32,000 nucleotides of DNA from Candidatus Electronema halotolerans. GTDB taxonomy: Bacteria; Desulfobacterota; Desulfobulbia; Desulfobulbales; Desulfobulbaceae. The DNA is taken from contig OW818675.1 in the NCBI GenBank assembly GCA_942493095.1, forward strand, positions 2,070,001 through 2,102,000, written 5' to 3'. The notes under the pieces were generated by a model. The model made no database searches. It was not told where the DNA came from and saw only the letters and a program-made list of their open reading frames with translations. Of the stretch, positions 26,406 through 32,000 are shown piece after piece (positions within the stretch are counted from its first letter, which is position 1; every line of letters starts with the position of its first letter). Position numbers and translations under genes: made by a program.

Positions 26406-29400
26406 TCAGTCGGGCAATGCCGCTCTGCTCTGGTATTGTTTGAAATTCTCCGCCTGCTCAAAAATTTCCTTATACACCTCATCCCGGTCAACCGGCGGAT
26501 AGTCGTTCTCAGCCAGCAGGATGATCAAATCTGCTTTCAATTCAGCTTTCACATCCTCACGCTGGCTCCAGTCGGTATATTTGCTCTTGTCGTCAACAAC
26601 AACTTTGACTTCCTTGGCCAACAGGAGGAGCTTGTCTTCCGGGTAGGCAAAATCATATTTATGGGCCAAGGCCTTGAGAATATCATAAAACGCCTTTTCT
26701 TCAAGGTCGATGCCCAAATCTCCATAAGATTCCTTTTCCTTTTTCAGCGCGGCAATTAGATCGTAAATCTCATCAGTGAAGTCTTCCAGCACTTCGCTTC
26801 TCAATATATCATCTTCCTTGCGCTCATTGTACCGCTCCACCAAGTCTTTAAACTTTTTTGAAAAATCAACACCCTTAATTTTATTGACCTTCTTGAAATC
26901 TTCAATTGCCTTGGCCAAAAGCTGCTGGAGAATTTTCAGTTTCGTGTTGGGCAGTTTGATCTTGTCAATTTTGGCCAAATAGTCATCATCAAAAAGGTCA
27001 TGCTCCTTGCCGCCGTCCTCGCCCATTTTGAAAATTTCTTCCACACCGTCGCTGGCAAGGGCATCCTTGATCATCTCCCGCACCTTAGCATTCATCTGGG
27101 CAAGATCAGGAGCTGTTCCCTTGGTCAGTTTGAAGATAATCGAACGCACAGCCAGATACAAATGAATATGGTCGCGCTCATTCTGGCTGAACCTGTCGGT
27201 ACCGCAGCAGATATCATAAGCAGCCTTGAGCCGTTTCACTAACGCTATGAAGCGTTTTTCCTGCGCATCAGTGATCATGGCAAATTCTGCCGCTCTGTTG
27301 AGACAGCATAGCTGTTCATTGGGAGTGCCAGTAAAATACAGAGAAGTATCAAACGGATAAAAGAGTTTACCTAACAAGTCCAGATGATCTTTAACGACTG
27401 TAATGGACTGACTGATTTCCTCAAAGTTGGTGCTGTCCATTTTTGAGTATTGCGCCAGAGCCTGATTCATCTGCCCTTTGATGCCGATATAATCAACCAC
27501 CAGCCCCTTTTCTTTGCCCTCAAACCTGCGGTTGACGCGGGAAATGGTCTGAATCAACGTGTGCCGCTGCACTGGCTTGTCAATATACATGGTGTCAAGA
27601 AAGGGCACGTCAAAGCCGGTCAGCCACATATCCACGACAATGGCGATCTTGAAATTGGATTTGCCGCTTTTGAACTGCCGGTCCAGTTCCTTGCGCCAGT
27701 CCTTGCTGCCGAGCAGGTCATACAGCTCTTTGGGATCATCTTGGCTGCGGGTCATGATCATCTTGAGCCGCTCCATCGGCATGATCTCTTTGCGCTCGTT
27801 TTCCGTCAGTTCTGCCCCTTCCTCGCAGACCTTGACCTCAGCCCATGCAGGACACAGGGCAATGATTTCTTTGTACAAATTCCAAGCAATCTTGCGGCTG
27901 GAGCAGACAAACACAGCCTTGCCTTTGACCGTCGCGCCTTCCTTCACCCGCGCCTCGTAATGCCTGACAAAATCATCAGCCAAGGCGCGAATCCGATCCG
28001 GGTCGCCGAGAATAGCGTTCATTTTGGCAGTGGCCTTTTTGCTCTCCTCAATCTGGTATTCGCCCGCCCCTTGTTCAGCGCATTGGGCGTAATAGTCCTC
28101 AATTTCCTCCAGCTTGGCATTGTCAAGCAGCACCTTGGCGGCCCGGCCTTCATAGACAATGCGCACCGTGATCTCATCCTTGACCGATTCTGTCATGGTG
28201 TAGGCATCCACCACTGGGCCGAACACATCCAAGGTCGCGTCAATGGGCGTGCCAGTGAAGCCAATGTATGTGGCATTGGGCAGAGAATCATGGAGATACT
28301 TGGCAAAGCCGTAGCTGCGCCGCAGCCCTTGTTCCGTGACCCGCACCTTTTGCTCCAGATTGAGCTGGCTGCGGTGCGCCTCGTCGGAAATGCAGATCAC
28401 ATTGTTGCGCTCAGTGAGCAAGTCCGTGTCTTCAGTAAACTTGTGAATGGTGGTCAGGAACACGCCGCCGCTGTTCCGGCCTTGCAAGAGTTCCCGGAGC
28501 TGGACCCGGCTGGCAACGCTGATCACAGCCTCGTCGCCGATATAGCCCTTGGCCGCCACAAACTGGGCTGAAAGCTGGTCGTCAAGATCAGTGCGGTCGG
28601 TGATCAAAACAATGGTGGGACTGGCGAATTCCACGCTTTTCATCAGCAGGCGGGTGAGAAAGAGCATGGTGAAGCTCTTGCCGCAGCCAGTGGCTCCGAA
28701 ATAGGTGCCGCCTTTGCCGTCTCCGTGCGGGCGGCGATGCGCCTTGATATTTTGAAAGAGTTTCTTGGCGGCGTAATACTGGGGATAGCGGCAGAGGATT
28801 TTCTCGTCTTTCTTGGAACTGTCTGGAAAATAAATAAAATTGCGGATAATGTCGCGCAGCCGGTCTTGGTTGAACAAGCCCTTGATCATGGTGAAGAGCG
28901 AGTCAATGCCGTCCTTGTCCTTCAGCTCGCTGCCGTCTGTTTTCCGCCAAGCGTAAAAGAACTCGTACTGGGCAAAAAAAGAACCAGCCTTGTTGTTCAC
29001 CCCGTCGCTGATCACGCAAAAGGCGTTGTATTTGAACAGTTCCGGGATGTCGCGGCGATAGCGTGTTGTAAGCTGGACATACGCATCATGGATGGTCGCC
29101 TCTTCGCGGATTGCGCTTTTGAATTCAAAGACCACCAAGGGCAGGCCGTTGATGTAAAGAATCGCGTCCGGGATGCGCTTCTCATAGCCCGTGATTTCCA
29201 ACTGGCTGACGAGTTTGAAGATGTTCTGGCCGCTGCCGTAGCGGGCAGGTGCTTCAGCAGTCACGGCAATCAGCTCGGACGCAGCCGGGGCGCGGAACTC
29301 GCCCAAGTCGGAAGAGTCAATGAGCTGGATATAAATATCTTTTTGGCTGCGGTCTTCCCGTTTGAGCAGGAAGCCGTCGGCAACCATTTTCATGATCGCC

Positions 29401-29636
29401 TTGTTGGATTCGTAGAGATCAGAGGCGGGGAAGGTTTCTAAGCGGCGGATGATGGAAGCAATTTCGCTGGGAGTGATCTTTTGTTCCGCATAGCGGCGGG
29501 CAAGGTATTGGCTCAGATCGTCTTTGAGCAGTACATCGCCGGGATCGCGGCTGATTTTTTCACCTGGAAGATGAAGATAGCCTTGCTTGTCCAGCAATTC
29601 GATGATGGCTTGTTCGAGCCGCGCTTCGGTGAACAT
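26406..29636 (-). CDS. hsdR: Type I restriction enzyme R subunit
   Basis: 1076 aa. HsdR N-terminal nuclease region (IPDAILYINGLPLVVFEFK). Walker A in FGATGCGKSFT and a DEAH box (ISDEAHRSQ). Helicase C motifs are present (TGFDVP, QTISRVNR). Confidence 0.93.
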   Translation of the reverse strand: MFTEARLEQAIIELLDKQGYLHLPGEKISRDPGDVLLKDDLSQYLARRYAEQKITPSEIASIIRRLETFPASDLYESNKAIMKMVADGFLLKREDRSQKDIYIQLIDSSDLGEFRAPAASELIAVTAEAPARYGSGQNIFKLVSQLEITGYEKRIPDAILYINGLPLVVFEFKSAIREEATIHDAYVQLTTRYRRDIPELFKYNAFCVISDGVNNKAGSFFAQYEFFYAWRKTDGSELKDKDGIDSLFTMIKGLFNQDRLRDIIRNFIYFPDSSKKDEKILCRYPQYYAAKKLFQNIKAHRRPHGDGKGGTYFGATGCGKSFTMLFLTRLLMKSVEFASPTIVLITDRTDLDDQLSAQFVAAKGYIGDEAVISVASRVQLRELLQGRNSGGVFLTTIHKFTEDTDLLTERNNVICISDEAHRSQLNLEQKVRVTEQGLRRSYGFAKYLHDSLPNATYIGFTGTPIDATLDVFGPVVDAYTMTESVKDEITVRIVYEGRAAKVLLDNAKLEEIEDYYAQCAEQGAGEYQIEESKKATAKMNAILGDPDRIRALADDFVRHYEARVKEGATVKGKAVFVCSSRKIAWNLYKEIIALCPAWAEVKVCEEGAELTENERKEIMPMERLKMIMTRSQDDPKELYDLLGSKDWRKELDRQFKSGKSNFKIAIVVDMWLTGFDVPFLDTMYIDKPVQRHTLIQTISRVNRRFEGKEKGLVVDYIGIKGQMNQALAQYSKMDSTNFEEISQSITVVKDHLDLLGKLFYPFDTSLYFTGTPNEQLCCLNRAAEFAMITDAQEKRFIALVKRLKAAYDICCGTDRFSQNERDHIHLYLAVRSIIFKLTKGTAPDLAQMNAKVREMIKDALASDGVEEIFKMGEDGGKEHDLFDDDYLAKIDKIKLPNTKLKILQQLLAKAIEDFKKVNKIKGVDFSKKFKDLVERYNERKEDDILRSEVLEDFTDEIYDLIAALKKEKESYGDLGIDLEEKAFYDILKALAHKYDFAYPEDKLLLLAKEVKVVVDDKSKYTDWSQREDVKAELKADLIILLAENDYPPVDRDEVYKEIFEQAENFKQYQSRAALPD

Positions 29637-29696
29637 GGGGGAAGGGGGGAAAGGGTGAAGGGGAAAGGGTGAAGAAAAAAGGGTGAAGGGTGAAGT
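29637..29696. repeat. purine-rich block on the plus strand with four GGGTGAAG copies
   Basis: GGGTGAAG occurs at 29653, 29667, 29681 and 29688. GTGAAGGGTGAAG (29683-29695) is the exact reverse complement of 30070-30082. Confidence 0.85.
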
Positions 29697-30053
29697 TTAT
29701 TTTCTTTTTTCTTTCAGTTTTCTGCATATTGTTGTGAGAATGGCGGCCAATTCATTGCATTCTTGTTTTAATCCGTCGAGGCGTGCTGATTCTATCAGTT
29801 CGGCTTCTTCAATCAGTTCGAGCCAGTACAGGCTTTCGTGTGCTTCTTTCACAGCGATGCTGTATTTGGTCAGAAAGTCGGCCTCGCTTTGTGCGCCTTC
29901 TCCTTCGGCGATATTTGCTCCGATTGATGTTCCAGAGCGAAGCAGTTGTCTGCTAAGTGTTTTGTTGATTCCCGGTTTTTGATCAAGGACTTGACAGAGT
30001 TTTACAATTCGCAGGGCAAATTTCTTTGATCGGTCTGGCAAATCACGTTTCAT
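29697..30053 (-). CDS. four-helix-bundle protein (23S rRNA intervening-sequence protein family)
   Basis: 118 aa. QLLRSGTSIGANIAEGEGAQSEADFLTKYSIAVKEAHESLYWLELI is the family signature (Ql.RsatSIgaNIaEG ... dF..k..ia..E..Et.yWL.l). Confidence 0.85.
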   Translation of the reverse strand: MKRDLPDRSKKFALRIVKLCQVLDQKPGINKTLSRQLLRSGTSIGANIAEGEGAQSEADFLTKYSIAVKEAHESLYWLELIEEAELIESARLDGLKQECNELAAILTTICRKLKEKRK

Positions 30054-30113
30054 AATTTCACCATTTATTCTTCACCCTTCACACTTTACCCTTCACACTT
30101 TACCCTTCACCTT
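30054..30113. repeat. pyrimidine-rich block on the plus strand (CTTCACCC-type), inverted partner of 29637-29696
   Basis: CTTCACCCTTCAC lies at 30070-30082. The tandem 14-mer ACACTTTACCCTTC occurs twice (30081-30108). Confidence 0.85.
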
Positions 30114-31418
30114 TCAAACTTCCCCTTTTGGAATGCGCAGTTCGCCGGAGAGGAGTTTTGGGAGCAGGGTGTCGCGGAGGGTTGCAAGTGTTTTGTTTGA
30201 GAAGCAATTTAATGAAATTTTATCAAAGTAACTTGTCCCGATCTGCAAAAAGCAATTCATAATTTTTTGTGAAGGCAGCAATATACTTGCCTCATTGACA
30301 TTTCCTTTATTGATATGCTGTTGCGCTCCGCCAGTTTGAGATGAAATAATTCCCTCTATATTGTTTGTTATCCAAAGATAGACGAACTCATTTGGAAGTT
30401 CTTCTTTTCCAAGAATTCCAACAACTGATTGATTAGCACAACATTCAATCTCGTTCAGACTAACCTGACCGAGAGTTGCTCCTGTTATGGCCAGAAGAGT
30501 TGTTCTTTTTGGTAAAAGTTTTGTCGCAGATTTTCGGACTGCTTCCTCAGTAATCAATTCTGAAGGTTCAATAACTCTAAATTCATTAACCTTACCTGAA
30601 TTTATCCAAGGAATGCTTCCATTATTCCAAAACTCCTTATTTTTACGTGCAGGAGTTCCACCAAGGATAGTTTCTAATTCATCACCAATTTTTGTAACCT
30701 CCCACCCCTTGGGAATCCAGCCCATTTCATCGATGTACACAAACTCATCAGGGAAAAGAGCACGGATTTCAGCAGGCAGCGGCTTGCGTTTGTCGCCCAA
30801 TGCAGCACGAACGGCAGCACGTTCAGCAAGCTCCTCCGGCACTTCCTTGCCGCCAGCAAGGGCATTGTCAATCACCGGGTCAAAATCAACAAACCAGCTC
30901 TTGAACAACGCCTGCGCCATCGCTTCCAATGTTTCATTCATCCGCCGATTCAATTCGATTCGGTCATCAAGAGAACCAAGAATATTGGCAATTGCTTGTT
31001 GAGTGGACCGTTCAGGAGCAAATACAAGTATCCGCTTCATATCGCCCTGTGTTAGTTTAGGACGAGTGGAACCTGATAAATAACTATTTACATCAGATAC
31101 TTGGAGTGCATAACATAGAAACCTTGTATTTGAGCTACTGTTTGCCTGCAAAATATGAGCGTGGTTATTGACCCAGAACTTTCCAGAAGCAAGAAATGCT
31201 ATAGGAGTATTGCGGCTTTTAAGATTTTCTCCGTCTTCTGCAAGCAATATATATTCTCCATCAAAAATATACGAATCTACATAATCAGCTATTCCAGAAG
31301 CTCCGTAATATGGATAAGGGCCAGACTTGCGATCCGTCTTTTTTACAGGAACTCTCATAGAATCATAAATCTCTACCAATTCTACAAGCGGTCGCTGCTC
31401 GTATAAATCATTCTCCAT
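30114..31418 (-). CDS. hsdS: Type I restriction-modification specificity subunit
   Basis: 434 aa with two target-recognition halves. These are separated by the conserved helix [18 protein letters not shown] and end in [17 protein letters not shown]. The gene is AT-rich and its start overlaps the hsdM stop. Confidence 0.9.
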   Translation of the reverse strand: MENDLYEQRPLVELVEIYDSMRVPVKKTDRKSGPYPYYGASGIADYVDSYIFDGEYILLAEDGENLKSRNTPIAFLASGKFWVNNHAHILQANSSSNTRFLCYALQVSDVNSYLSGSTRPKLTQGDMKRILVFAPERSTQQAIANILGSLDDRIELNRRMNETLEAMAQALFKSWFVDFDPVIDNALAGGKEVPEELAERAAVRAALGDKRKPLPAEIRALFPDEFVYIDEMGWIPKGWEVTKIGDELETILGGTPARKNKEFWNNGSIPWINSGKVNEFRVIEPSELITEEAVRKSATKLLPKRTTLLAITGATLGQVSLNEIECCANQSVVGILGKEELPNEFVYLWITNNIEGIISSQTGGAQQHINKGNVNEASILLPSQKIMNCFLQIGTSYFDKISLNCFSNKTLATLRDTLLPKLLSGELRIPKGEV

Positions 31419-32000
31419 AACCCAAGACCTCCAAATTCTTCCGAATCACCGCATCCAATTCCGCAGCTTCCCGCATCTGCTCAAACAAGGCCGCAGTCAG
31501 CTCGGACATCTTCTCCTCAAACGGCACGCCGTCATCCTCAATCTCTGCCGCGCCCACATAACGCCCCGGCGTGAGCACATAATTATGCCCCCTGATTTCC
31601 TCCAAACTCGCTGACTTGCAAAACCCGGCCCGATCTTCATACTTCACCCTTCCCTCTTCACCATTCCCCCTTCCCCCTTCCCCCTTCCAACAATGATACG
31701 TTCCCGCAATTGCAGCAATTTCCTCCTCCGAAAGATCCCGATGCACCCGGTCAACCAAACTGCCCATCTTACGGGCATCAATGAACAAAGTCTCGCCGCT
31801 GCGGTCGCGGAAACCGCGTGCAGCATCCGCTTTTTTGTTTTTGCTCAAAAACCAAAGACAAACCGGAATCTGGGTGGTGTAGAAAAGCTGGCCAGGCAGG
31901 GCGATCATGCAATCCACCAGATCGTTTTCAATGATCTTTTTCCTGATCGCGCCTTCCGTGCCAGTGGCAGTGCTCATCGAGCCGTTGGCCAGAACAAAAC
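31408..32000 (-). CDS. hsdM: Type I restriction-modification methylase subunit, C-terminal part (5' end beyond the window)
   Basis: The frame stays open to the window edge (...[49 protein letters not shown]..., [13 protein letters not shown]). Confidence 0.9.
   Translation of the reverse strand, partial: FVLANGSMSTATGTEGAIRKKIIENDLVDCMIALPGQLFYTTQIPVCLWFLSKNKKADAARGFRDRSGETLFIDARKMGSLVDRVHRDLSEEEIAAIAGTYHCWKGEGGRGNGEEGRVKYEDRAGFCKSASLEEIRGHNYVLTPGRYVGAAEIEDDGVPFEEKMSELTAALFEQMREAAELDAVIRKNLEVLGYGE
31641..31688. repeat. CTTCACCC / CCCCCTT tract inside hsdM, related to the cassette flanks
   Basis: ACTTCACCCTTCCCTCTTCACCATTCCCCCTTCCCCCTTCCCCCTTCC. The 11-mer CTTCACCCTTC (31642-31652) is identical to 30070-30080. 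The tract encodes [14 protein letters not shown] on the minus strand. Confidence 0.8.

Noticed and set aside
29637-30113. Possibility that the GGGTGAAG-type repeats form a CRISPR array
   Set aside because: The units are only 8-14 bp. They are degenerate and contiguous, with no unique spacers of regular length. They occur as inverted blocks around a gene, and no cas genes are present.

Overview
This is a chromosomal segment from a Gram-negative bacterium with moderately high GC. Strong GGAGG-type Shine-Dalgarno sites, a lipobox lipoprotein, IHF, a DciA-like gene and Rel/SpoT are present. A deltaproteobacterial (Desulfobacterota-like) origin is only a guess.

Most of the window is housekeeping:
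- pheT-ihfA-tRNA-Pro(GGG)
- an M48 membrane metalloprotease
- aroB
- serC
- an rnr / dciA-like / trmL operon
- rel/spoT
- rtcB
- groES-groEL

Five accessory patches stand out:
1. 8217-12257 (minus strand) is a tightly coupled four-gene operon. Two leaderless proteins share a duplicated peptidoglycan-binding-like module. One fuses it to a complete CE4/NodB deacetylase domain, the other to a ~500-aa uncharacterised region with a possible papain-like Cys/His pair. A small lipoprotein lies between them and a leaderless YkuD-fold (H..SAGCQV) enzyme comes last. This is my best candidate for an undescribed cell-wall-targeting system, either effector/immunity or lysis/remodelling.
2. 13410-14600 is a sharply AT-rich single-gene island encoding a CoiA-like zinc-ribbon plus PD-(D/E)xK nuclease with a Cys-rich C-terminal extension. 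Next to it is an orphan BrnA-like antitoxin.
3. 22860-23930 is a decayed toxin-antitoxin/defence patch. It holds a nucleotidyltransferase N-terminal remnant, vapB, a vapC interrupted by an in-frame TAG, and a higA fragment.
4. 26406 to the window end is a Type I R-M operon (hsdM-hsdS-hsdR). A four-helix-bundle (23S rRNA IVS protein family) gene sits between hsdS and hsdR, bracketed by inverted GGGTGAAG-type repeats. A related tract lies inside hsdM.
5. 5939-7414 encodes a secreted protein with 34 Cys in about 146 residues, followed by two DUF1566-like domains.

I saw no CRISPR array, transposase, integrase or rRNA.
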